Position numbers and translations under genes: made by a program
The notes under the pieces: model-generated
The model's database searches: none
Told to the model about the DNA's origin: nothing
Seen by the model: the letters and a program-made list of their open reading frames with translations, nothing else
Part shown: in pieces, positions 19,809 to 28,013 of the stretch
How the letters are laid out: every line of letters starts with the position of its first letter
How positions within the stretch are numbered: the first letter of the stretch is position 1
Source of the DNA: Candidatus Zixiibacteriota bacterium
GTDB taxonomy: Bacteria; Zixibacteria; MSB-5A5; UM-FILTER-46-8
Reading direction: 5' to 3'
NCBI GenBank assembly: GCA_026983835.1
Contig: JALSTH010000116.1
Coordinates: 16,362 to 80,361 of the forward strand
DNA length: 64,000 nucleotides

Positions 19809-20552
19809 TTATATGTATAATCCACTAAATGTGTTCGTAAGAGCGCTTGTCAACAGAATCCAAATCAACCACAAAACCCCGACGGATATATAAGCCTTTG
19901 CTTTTGAAAATCCATAAATAGTCGCAAATCCGATAGAGGTTAATATATATGCCCAAATCGTAAAGAATTCAAAGTGATTCAGAAAATTATAAATAAAGGA
20001 CTTATACATCGATGCAGGCAGAAATATGGCGGGAGAAAGGGAAATATCCAGTGTGCCTTTAATCTTGACGAGGAATACTGTGACTATGGTTCCTAATATG
20101 CCGATAAGAGAAGCATGGCTATAAGCCGCAAGATTATGTTTGAAGGTTGAGTTCCCTCCGCCTATTACCGAGCCGGTAAAATAAAGCGCCGCAGCCACAA
20201 CTACAAATACCACTAAAATCCCGATGGGGGCGCCCACCGTTGCAAGGGTACGGTTAATGCTCCAAGAATTGGGATCGCCCATCTTATCTTCTATAGTTTG
20301 CATTTGCTCCACAGTTATTCCGGGTGTATTGCGAATTTTTTCGAGTTGCGATTTGATATTTATCGACCAAGTTAGTTGAAGTCCGATCATGGCAAAAACA
20401 GATATCAATATCCAAGGTGCAACCCAGGAGGGTTTCGATTTGATATATTCAAAAACTTTTGATGGTTCCCAAAAAATGTTAATCATTCGGGCAAGGGTTC
20501 CCATAGGTTTTTGATTCCCATTCTCGGCAGTGATATTTGCTTCATTCTCCAT
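19809..20552 (-). CDS. Yip1-family membrane protein (YknW-like)
   Basis: IFWEPSKVFE...P.W motif, about 5 TM helices; first gene of the efflux operon. Confidence 0.85.
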   Translation of the reverse strand: MENEANITAENGNQKPMGTLARMINIFWEPSKVFEYIKSKPSWVAPWILISVFAMIGLQLTWSINIKSQLEKIRNTPGITVEQMQTIEDKMGDPNSWSINRTLATVGAPIGILVVFVVVAAALYFTGSVIGGGNSTFKHNLAAYSHASLIGILGTIVTVFLVKIKGTLDISLSPAIFLPASMYKSFIYNFLNHFEFFTIWAYILTSIGFATIYGFSKAKAYISVGVLWLIWILLTSALTNTFSGLYI

Positions 20553-20578
20553 AAATCACCTTCCTATCATTTATTCTT

Positions 20579-20606
20579 TTGACGATTATTCTCAATTAAA
20601 GTTTCA
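20579..20606 (-). promoter_or_regulatory. ECF-sigma-type promoter of the Yip1-TolC-MFP-ABC operon
   Basis: Minus strand reads TGAAAC-N16-CGTCAA, 26 nt upstream of the ATG. Confidence 0.7.
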
Positions 20607-20777
20607 AAAAAATACTTCCCGTTTAATACAACATCCTGCTGTTATGCCGTTTCAAAAGCGGATAGTTCTATTTAAACGGAAATTTACCTCATAATATAAT
20701 AGCACAATGAAATATATCATTAAAATCTACAGTTTGACAAACAAATATTTACCACGAGGATTTTGCATCATAAAAAC

Positions 20778-20814
20778 AAAAAAGCCGAGAGCATAGCTCC
20801 TCGGCTTTTATTTT
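20778..20814. terminator. Bidirectional-looking intrinsic terminator downstream of tRNA-Lys
   Basis: AAAAGCCGAG...CTCGGCTTTT stem flanked by A and T tracts. Confidence 0.8.
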
Positions 20815-20823
20815 ATAATTATA

Positions 20824-20896
20824 TGAGGGTGGCAGGACTCGAACCTGCGGCCACCTGCTTAAAAGGCAGATGCTCTACCTCCTGAGCTACACCCCC
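20824..20896 (-). tRNA. tRNA-Lys(TTT), CCA not encoded
   Basis: Reverse complement GGGGGTGTAGCTCAGGAGGTAGAGCATCTGCCTTTTAAGCAGGTGGCCGCAGGTTCGAGTCCTGCCACCCTCA folds as a cloverleaf with anticodon TTT. Confidence 0.97.
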
Positions 20897-21009
20897 GCAC
20901 TTCCCGGTAGAAAGCATTCGTTAGTAAATTAAATTTCCCTTCGTTGTCAAGCAAAATATATCGTATAATTCCGTCCTAATAGGTCGCTATTCTGAATTAA
21001 ACTGTCGAT

Positions 21010-21040
21010 AAATAAGGGGTGGATATCCTTATCCACCCCG
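21010..21040 (-). terminator. Probable intrinsic terminator of the rrf2-moaA-dinB-lipoprotein unit
   Basis: GGGGTGGAT-N6-ATCCACCCC followed by TTATTT on the minus strand. Confidence 0.6.
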
Positions 21041-21183
21041 ATGGTAAAGGGGAACTATCTCAGTTCCTCCCTGCAATTCATATTAACTCTGCGAATCACA
21101 AATTCGTTCTGTAAAAATTTTATTCATCGGGATTAAAATTATCGGCGAAGGAAATAATTAGCCGGTCAGTTGAAATATTACGA

Positions 21184-22185
21184 TTACCGTTGGCAATCGA
21201 TGAACTTACCGACACTTGTTTTGGGAATAATGCCTTTTAATATAACGATATCCCCTTCGGTCGATATGGATTGGATCTCAAAAGAATCGCCTGTGGAATC
21301 GCTTTTGGGGAGAACGGAAGCAAGCTTATCGTATAGTTTTATCGCCCCGGAGAGAATCATAGCGGAGCTTGGATTTTTCATTTTTATGTACAATATAGAT
21401 TGATAATTGTTGCCATTCGGATTAATGGATATCCCGTATTCGGCGGCATAATCGACATACTCAAGGACAAATTCCATATTATTGAGTTTTAAAATCTTCA
21501 TAAAAGCTCGTATATCTCCCCAATTGGAGCCTAAACTATCCTTCAAAGATTGTGGAATTAATCCCCAAACCGATATAACTGTTTTTCCTTCCCCCACGGA
21601 AATATCATCATATTGGCTTCGAAGAATATGGTGCCGATAAATAACCGTCTCCTTGTCCCCCCGTATATTCGCAATCTCGGAAAGCACCTTGGCTGATGAG
21701 GTCAGAGCAATATCGCCATCCCTAATCGGTAAAAGATATAAGCTGTCGCCCGAAGAATAATATCCAAGGCGTTTACCATTAATATCGGCCCCCCTCCAAT
21801 CATAATTGGAACTGCTTTCCATTGCATGCTTGTAATCCAACTCACCCCTGAATATTATCGCCCCATTTTTAAGAAGCGTTCCGACGGGACTGTTGGCATT
21901 ATGTGCAAACGATTCCTGTTTGATGGAAAAGGCATAGCAGGAGGGCTTTTTCCCTTCCATATCAATTGTTTTAACGAAGCCGATACTATCCTCGAATTTT
22001 TGGAAATAACAACTTAAAGCGGTATCCCGGGATAATTTTTCCCATTCGAGCATCACGACAAAATCAGCTTGGCTCGGAATCGGCGGGAAATGCTCCGCTG
22101 CGGATATATTTTCGCAGCCGGCAAGAATAACCCATAACATCGTAAGTATCGGGATAATTTTGAAAGGCGAAGCACGGAAGTTCAA
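21184..22185 (-). CDS. Hypothetical lipoprotein
   Basis: 333-aa ORF with LAGC lipobox; no family recognised. Confidence 0.7.
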   Translation of the reverse strand: MNFRASPFKIIPILTMLWVILAGCENISAAEHFPPIPSQADFVVMLEWEKLSRDTALSCYFQKFEDSIGFVKTIDMEGKKPSCYAFSIKQESFAHNANSPVGTLLKNGAIIFRGELDYKHAMESSSNYDWRGADINGKRLGYYSSGDSLYLLPIRDGDIALTSSAKVLSEIANIRGDKETVIYRHHILRSQYDDISVGEGKTVISVWGLIPQSLKDSLGSNWGDIRAFMKILKLNNMEFVLEYVDYAAEYGISINPNGNNYQSILYIKMKNPSSAMILSGAIKLYDKLASVLPKSDSTGDSFEIQSISTEGDIVILKGIIPKTSVGKFIDCQR

Positions 22186-22246
22186 TGGCTACCCAAAACT
22201 AAATATAACTGACAGTAAACCAATATCTCTTTTTTATAGGAATGCG

Positions 22247-22750
22247 TTAAATCTCCGGGGGCTTCATCCCAAACTGCTCCCATTCCTCTTTGGAGGGACC
22301 ATAAACACCAAAAACTTTCAAGCCCGCCTGACGCATAAGCACCGTCATCTGTCCGCGGTGATGGATTTCGTGTAACATCATCAAAAATAGGGAAAAGCCC
22401 CGTGACCATCGTTCGCCGTACATATCATCCTCGATCTTCAGCGTATCATCGTTCCAATTATCCTCAATTTGACTCAGAAGGGATGAGCTAACCAGATCGT
22501 ATCCCTTTCTTATCTCCTCCGCACTCTTCGGGACAGCGACATCGACAAGTGGTCCTTCGATACTAAGCCCGGTTCTACCCATCATTTCAGGGATTGTAGT
22601 TATGATATGCCAAGAAATCTGTCCTAATGTGCGATGACCCTCGGCTACCCTTTGGTTTAATGATTCATCGGTCAATTCGTCGAGGAGCTTTTTTGTGTTT
22701 GTCGTTTCATTCCCCCAAAGCTCCTTAAAACTACTGATACTTGTAAACAT
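22247..22750 (-). CDS. DinB/YfiT-family metalloprotein
   Basis: RTLGQISWHI and HEIHHRGQM metal-binding His motifs, C-terminal YGPS. Confidence 0.92.
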   Translation of the reverse strand: MFTSISSFKELWGNETTNTKKLLDELTDESLNQRVAEGHRTLGQISWHIITTIPEMMGRTGLSIEGPLVDVAVPKSAEEIRKGYDLVSSSLLSQIEDNWNDDTLKIEDDMYGERWSRGFSLFLMMLHEIHHRGQMTVLMRQAGLKVFGVYGPSKEEWEQFGMKPPEI

Positions 22751-22778
22751 TTTAACACCTGCGTTATATGTTAAGGGT

Positions 22779-23792
22779 TTATCCTCCGACGGAGCGCATC
22801 AAAGGTTTATGTTCGCGGGCGAAGAACCCTCCCCGAATACCTTTGAATTCAGGGTCCCCTACCGCCTCGAAGATTCTTTCCATAATATCTATATTATTTA
22901 ATCCCTTTTTCATCATATTGCCCAAAGAAAGTTTTCCTCTCCCAAACAAACAACCGATTAAATCGCCGTTTGCCGTTAAACGGAGTCGATTACAGCTATC
23001 ACAGAAGTTATGGGAAACTGCGGAAATAAAACTTATCCGCCCGGGATAATCCTTGTAGCGATACCGTCTCGCAGGCCCGATATTGTCCCCCGATTCGGGG
23101 TCAGCTTCGAGATTGAGCCTTATTTTTTCCCTCATCTCATCTTCGCCGACAAACAGATTCTTCCCCCAACCGGAGTCGGCCGTCGGCATAAATTCGATAA
23201 ACCGTAAATCGATTTTTCTTTTAAGAGCCCATTCGGTGAAGCGGGGCATCTCCATATCATTTATTGAGCGCATAACTACGGTATTCACCTTTACCAAAGG
23301 GAAATATCCGCTTTGCTCCGCTAACTCAATGGCTAAATAAACCTTCTCGAACCCGTCCACGCCGGTTATTGCTTTGAATGTATCCTTATTCAAGGTATCC
23401 AAACTGATATTAACATTGCTCAATCCGGCGGTGGCCAAATCGGGGAGATATTTCGCCAGATAATATCCATTTGTAGTTATTCCGATGGATTTAATCCCTT
23501 CGATTGACGATACATTTGCGATTAAATCGATAATATCCCGCCTAAGTAGTGGTTCCCCGCCGGTAAATCGAATTTTATTAATCCCCAAAAAAGCGGTAAT
23601 TTCTATTAAGCGAATTAAATATTCATTGGGTAATCGGTCATCCTTCGGAATTTTTAAATCAGGATTCCCATAACAGTACTTACAACGAAAATTGCATCTG
23701 TTCGTGAGGGAAACTCGAAGGTATGTTATTTTCCTCTTCCAAAAGTCAACAAGTTCGGTGCGAGAAGGCTTGTTATCGGTATCGTTGCTCAT
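22779..23792 (-). CDS. moaA: GTP 3',8-cyclase MoaA
   Basis: YLRVSLTNRCNFRCKYC radical-SAM motif, TGGEP, RFIEFMP, FCDSCNRLRL...C, C-terminal GG; start trimmed to MSNDT. Confidence 0.96.
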   Translation of the reverse strand: MSNDTDNKPSRTELVDFWKRKITYLRVSLTNRCNFRCKYCYGNPDLKIPKDDRLPNEYLIRLIEITAFLGINKIRFTGGEPLLRRDIIDLIANVSSIEGIKSIGITTNGYYLAKYLPDLATAGLSNVNISLDTLNKDTFKAITGVDGFEKVYLAIELAEQSGYFPLVKVNTVVMRSINDMEMPRFTEWALKRKIDLRFIEFMPTADSGWGKNLFVGEDEMREKIRLNLEADPESGDNIGPARRYRYKDYPGRISFISAVSHNFCDSCNRLRLTANGDLIGCLFGRGKLSLGNMMKKGLNNIDIMERIFEAVGDPEFKGIRGGFFAREHKPLMRSVGG

Positions 23793-23815
23793 ATAATAGC
23801 ATATAGATTCGGGAA

Positions 23816-24244
23816 TCAGAGAGAAAAGGAGTTGTCGATTCTTCCCGAAATTCCCGCTAAAGTAATTTTTTTTGATTTTCGTATCATTTCGTTTTTGAAC
23901 CTTAACCATTCCGAATGGAAAGGGCAAGGAGTATTATCAGAGCAATTTTTCAAACCAATTATACATTTATTATTTAAATCAATCATTCCCCCCATTGCGT
24001 TGAATATATCATATAAGGTAATTTTATTCGGGTCAACCGCCAGTTTCACCCCTCCCCGAGGTCCCCTTATAGAAACGATAAATCGGTGCTTTACCAAAGT
24101 CAAAAGTACTTTAGCTAAAAAAAAATTCGGTATATTCAGTTTCGATGCCATATCCCTCGTCTTAACTACTTCTCCTTTTGGTAGAGAGGAAAGATATCGA
24201 AGAGCTTCCAAAGCGTAAATTGTCGATTGAGAATAAATCATCAA
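23816..24244 (-). CDS. Rrf2-family transcriptional regulator with Cys triad
   Basis: S..YAL, FLAKVL, SIRGPRGG, CIIGLKNCSDNTPCPFH. Confidence 0.92.
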   Translation of the reverse strand: MMIYSQSTIYALEALRYLSSLPKGEVVKTRDMASKLNIPNFFLAKVLLTLVKHRFIVSIRGPRGGVKLAVDPNKITLYDIFNAMGGMIDLNNKCIIGLKNCSDNTPCPFHSEWLRFKNEMIRKSKKITLAGISGRIDNSFSL

Positions 24245-24444
24245 ATTCCTTATGGCGTCACAACCACGGGCTTAAGCCTGTTATTTAGCTATAATAAGGG
24301 GGAAGTCCATACCATTGTCAATTAATTTCAGATATCCCTCATTAATAAAATTGCAAACATTAATAGGAATTGAGCTTTTATTTCTACTGTTATTTCAATT
24401 ATTCTCTTGAATAATGGGGTTGTTTTTGTTAATTACTTCGATGG

Positions 24445-25347
24445 TTGATAATTATGAACAGAAATAATGACCCGAACATAAAAATTATCTCTAATCCATC
24501 CGCAGGCGTTGGTGGATCACATATCAATCTTCCGGAGATAAGAAAGCATTTCGAAAGTGCTTTCAGCTCGGTTGATTTTTCCCTCACGAACGGACCGGGT
24601 GATGCTACTCGATTAGCGGAAGAATCTGTGGAAAATGGGTTCCATATAGTTGTAGCGGTCGGGGGGGACGGTACCATTCGGGAAGTCGCCGCGGGAATAC
24701 TGGGGACCGAAGCGGCATTGGCGGCTGTACCAGTCGGAATCCAAAATAATTTCTACAAATCCCTTTCCAAAAATCGTTCCTTGAACGATATCGTCGGGAT
24801 GATTCGCCGCGGAAAGACAAAACTTTTCGATACCGGCTCAATCGGAGACGGTATTTTTATCAATGGCTTGGAAATAGGAATAGGTGTTGAATTCGGGAAA
24901 CTCATAAATAAAAAACAAAGGGAAGCTTCCCTGAAAGATATTATCTATTATGGTTTCAAAGCCTCCTCACATTACAAATGTCCGAAATACAAAATAAAAT
25001 TGGACAATACGGAATTGGACAACCGTTATGAGGTAATTTCGATAGGAATCGGTAAGCATTTCGGACGAGGGTTTAAATGGGTTCCTTACTCGATTGAAAA
25101 CGATGGCTTATTCGATATTTGTTTGGTTAGATGCGTGGGGAAATATAAATCGGTTAATCTCTTGCAGAAAGCATTTTTGGGGAAACATATCGATAATCGC
25201 AATGCGGTATTATATAGATCGAGACAGATTTTAATAAACACTTCAGCGCCTATCGAATACAATCTCGACGGCGATTTATACAAATCCAAAGGGAAAGAGT
25301 TTCTTATTAGGATAAAACCTAATTCACTGCGAGTTATAACGGAATAG
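24445..25347 (+). CDS. Diacylglycerol/lipid kinase family protein (YegS/DAGK-like)
   Basis: NPSAG, GGDGT, DGLFD, DGD motifs; exact start uncertain. Confidence 0.85.
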   Translation: MIIMNRNNDPNIKIISNPSAGVGGSHINLPEIRKHFESAFSSVDFSLTNGPGDATRLAEESVENGFHIVVAVGGDGTIREVAAGILGTEAALAAVPVGIQNNFYKSLSKNRSLNDIVGMIRRGKTKLFDTGSIGDGIFINGLEIGIGVEFGKLINKKQREASLKDIIYYGFKASSHYKCPKYKIKLDNTELDNRYEVISIGIGKHFGRGFKWVPYSIENDGLFDICLVRCVGKYKSVNLLQKAFLGKHIDNRNAVLYRSRQILINTSAPIEYNLDGDLYKSKGKEFLIRIKPNSLRVITE

Positions 25348-25359
25348 GTTTTCTGTTCA

Positions 25360-25986
25360 ATGAAAGGATTTTTCTTAATTGTATTTTTTGCAATAAGTTA
25401 TTCCTTATGGGGAGTAAGCCCTTTATTTGCTCAGAGCGATGTAAATCAAGAAAAAGGAATTTACCGAAATAGTTCCGATTCACCTGCCGATAGCAGCAAA
25501 TCCAAAATTAAAAAAAAGAGTTTTAATCCGAACCCGACAGGAGCTTTGATTCGTTCCGCCGCCTTTCCCGGCTGGGGGCAGTTTTATAATCATAAATATA
25601 TCAAAGGCTCGGTTATCTCCGTTGGGGAAGGAGTTTTGATTTATTATTTTATCCATAATTGGGACAAAGCGGAATATTATAAAAGGAAGTTTCGGCAAAC
25701 CTTCCTCGAATTTTCGGATGCCCCTTCTTTAGTCTCTGATTATGGAGGTACAGCACCTCTCGATGAGAATTATTGGAACGAAAGGCGCACCAATGTATTC
25801 AATAAATGGAGAAAATATAATGGCGAACGAAATAAATTTATGTGGTTCACGGCAGCGGCGATATTCTTTTCGATGTTCGATGCTTATGTGGATGCGCAAT
25901 TAATGGATTTCGATATCGAAATGAATGAAGATTTGAAATCAGCCGATTTAGATGAAATAACGGTAAAACTCGCTATCAGGTTCTAA
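25360..25986 (+). CDS. DUF5683-like secreted/membrane protein
   Basis: Signal peptide, SAAFPGWGQFYN, SMFDAYVDAQL, C-terminal beta-strand ending in F. Confidence 0.8.
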   Translation: MKGFFLIVFFAISYSLWGVSPLFAQSDVNQEKGIYRNSSDSPADSSKSKIKKKSFNPNPTGALIRSAAFPGWGQFYNHKYIKGSVISVGEGVLIYYFIHNWDKAEYYKRKFRQTFLEFSDAPSLVSDYGGTAPLDENYWNERRTNVFNKWRKYNGERNKFMWFTAAAIFFSMFDAYVDAQLMDFDIEMNEDLKSADLDEITVKLAIRF

Positions 25987-26027
25987 TCTGACAAATAACG
26001 GATTTACATATATGGATAGAAAATGAT

Positions 26028-27029
26028 ATGAAACCAAATGCACAAAAAGGGGTTATACCCGATGATTTTATGGCCGTTATCCGTTCTTTTATGGAAAGCC
26101 GTATTATCTTAAGCGCTGTCGAATTGGATATTTTTTCCGCAATCGATAAAGGCGCCGATTCAAAAGAGATCGCCTCTCGCTTGAAAACCGATCACCGGGC
26201 TACGGAGATGTTCTTGAATGCGCTGGTGTCAATGCATCTGCTTATCAAAGAAAATAATAAATTCTACAATTCATCACTTGCTACGGATTATTTAACGGAT
26301 AAATCACCTTATAATTCCAGAATGAGCCTGAAGCATTTCGCAAATCTATGGTCTAAATGGTCTAACCTTACCGATTGCATACGCAATGGCGGTTCAGTTG
26401 ATTATAAAGAAAGGGATGACAGGGATACCGAATGGACGGAATCATTTATCGCCGCTATGCACCATAACGGATTACAAAGAGCTACGGAGGTGATTGAAAA
26501 ATTGGATGCGAGTAGTGTTTCGAATCTCTTGGATATCGGGGGTGGTTCGGGCGTGTATTCCATAACCTTCGCTCGCGACAATCCGAATTTGAAGGCGACA
26601 GTCTTGGATTTACCCTCTGTTGTCCCTCTTACCCGCCGCTATATCGATGATGCGGGTTTGAACCTCCGTATCAATGTGCGAGCAGGTGATTTCCACAAGG
26701 ATAAATTCGGCAATGGTTTCGATTTGGTCTTTTTATCAGCCATCTGCCATATGAATAACATCGAGGAAAATAAGAGGCTTTTGGAAAAATCATTTTCCGC
26801 ATTAAAAAGCGGGGGAAGGGTTGTTATTCAGGACTTTATTTTGGATGAGGATAGAACAAAACCAAAAATCGCAGCCATATTCGCATTAAATATGTTGGTA
26901 GCCACGCTTGAAGGTGGGACATATACTGAGAGCGAATATTTCGATTGGCTAAAAGGGGCGGGATTTGTGAATCCGAAACACGAAAGATTATCCGGTACTA
27001 CGGGGCTGATAATCGGTTATAAGCCCTGA
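26028..27029 (+). CDS. SAM-dependent O-methyltransferase with N-terminal dimerisation domain
   Basis: AVELDIF wHTH, LLDIGGGSG, LDLP, GDF, GGRVVIQD. Confidence 0.92.
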   Translation: MKPNAQKGVIPDDFMAVIRSFMESRIILSAVELDIFSAIDKGADSKEIASRLKTDHRATEMFLNALVSMHLLIKENNKFYNSSLATDYLTDKSPYNSRMSLKHFANLWSKWSNLTDCIRNGGSVDYKERDDRDTEWTESFIAAMHHNGLQRATEVIEKLDASSVSNLLDIGGGSGVYSITFARDNPNLKATVLDLPSVVPLTRRYIDDAGLNLRINVRAGDFHKDKFGNGFDLVFLSAICHMNNIEENKRLLEKSFSALKSGGRVVIQDFILDEDRTKPKIAAIFALNMLVATLEGGTYTESEYFDWLKGAGFVNPKHERLSGTTGLIIGYKP

Positions 27030-27054
27030 TATAATGTTGAGGTTGAGGGATTAA

Positions 27055-27993
27055 TCAAATTCCGATTCTATTTCGGAAATACCTAACAATCCTATCAACG
27101 ACACCGATTTTTTCAGGATTAAACCATTTGATATCTTTGTCCGCTCTAAACCAAGTCATCTGTCTTTTCGCATAATGTCTGGTATGCAGCTGTGTCAGAT
27201 AGACAGCCCTATCCAAATCGTATTCCCCATCCAAATATCCCTTAAATTCCCGGTAAGCAAGCGTCTTGAACAGATGGCTCGATTGCGGACGAAGGTTCTC
27301 ATAAACCATTTTCACCTCCGCAATAAGCCCATCCTCAACCATTCTCAAAACCCGTTCGTTTATCCTTTGATATAATGTGTCGCGGCGCAACCGTATCCCG
27401 ATTTTGATAAAATCATAATCGGTTTGGGGATACTTCCCCTCCTTTTGAAGGGCAGTGATACTCCTGCCTGTGCTCCTATAAACCTCCAACGCACGGACAA
27501 TTCTCGCCCTATCGTTCGGATGAAGACGAGTTGCTGTTTCAGGGTCGAGCTTTTCGAGCTTTCGATAGATGGTTTCAATGCCCTCCTTTTCTATTTTATT
27601 TTCCAAATAGAGACGGTACTTGGAGTCTCTCTTCGGACCCTCGAAGAACCCTTCCTCTAAAGCCCTGATATACAATCCCGAACCTCCGACAAAAATCGGC
27701 AGATTACCTTGAGCATAGATATTTTCAATACACTCGATAGCCAACTTACGAAAATCAGCGGCGGAGATATGATTATTGATGTCGGCAAAACCGACCAAAT
27801 GATGAGGAATCTCCGCTCTTTCCTCCAATGAGGGCTGAGCCGTCCCGATACTCATCATTTTGTAGAATTGACGAGCATCAGCCGAGATAATCTCTCCATT
27901 CATTTTTTTCGCTACTTCAATACCTATCCTCGTCTTCCCCGAGGCGGTAGGTCCGCAAATCACCAAAACCGGTTTGTATCTATCATTAGACAT
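27055..27993 (-). CDS. miaA: tRNA dimethylallyltransferase
   Basis: GPTASGKT, IISADARQFY, PHHL, VGGSGLY, RALEV, YAKRQMTW. Confidence 0.97.
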   Translation of the reverse strand: MSNDRYKPVLVICGPTASGKTRIGIEVAKKMNGEIISADARQFYKMMSIGTAQPSLEERAEIPHHLVGFADINNHISAADFRKLAIECIENIYAQGNLPIFVGGSGLYIRALEEGFFEGPKRDSKYRLYLENKIEKEGIETIYRKLEKLDPETATRLHPNDRARIVRALEVYRSTGRSITALQKEGKYPQTDYDFIKIGIRLRRDTLYQRINERVLRMVEDGLIAEVKMVYENLRPQSSHLFKTLAYREFKGYLDGEYDLDRAVYLTQLHTRHYAKRQMTWFRADKDIKWFNPEKIGVVDRIVRYFRNRIGI

Positions 27994-28013
27994 AAATATC
28001 CCGTAATTATTTA

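Noticed and set aside
23793-23927. N-terminal extension of MoaA in the ORF track (likewise for the ArsR, UbiA, Omp85, 59515 and thioredoxin ORFs)
   Set aside because: These overlap upstream genes or promoters; downstream starts fit family N-termini and SD positions better
24245-24444. Moco riboswitch upstream of rrf2-moaA
   Set aside because: No recognisable Moco-motif elements and little room between the promoter and the start
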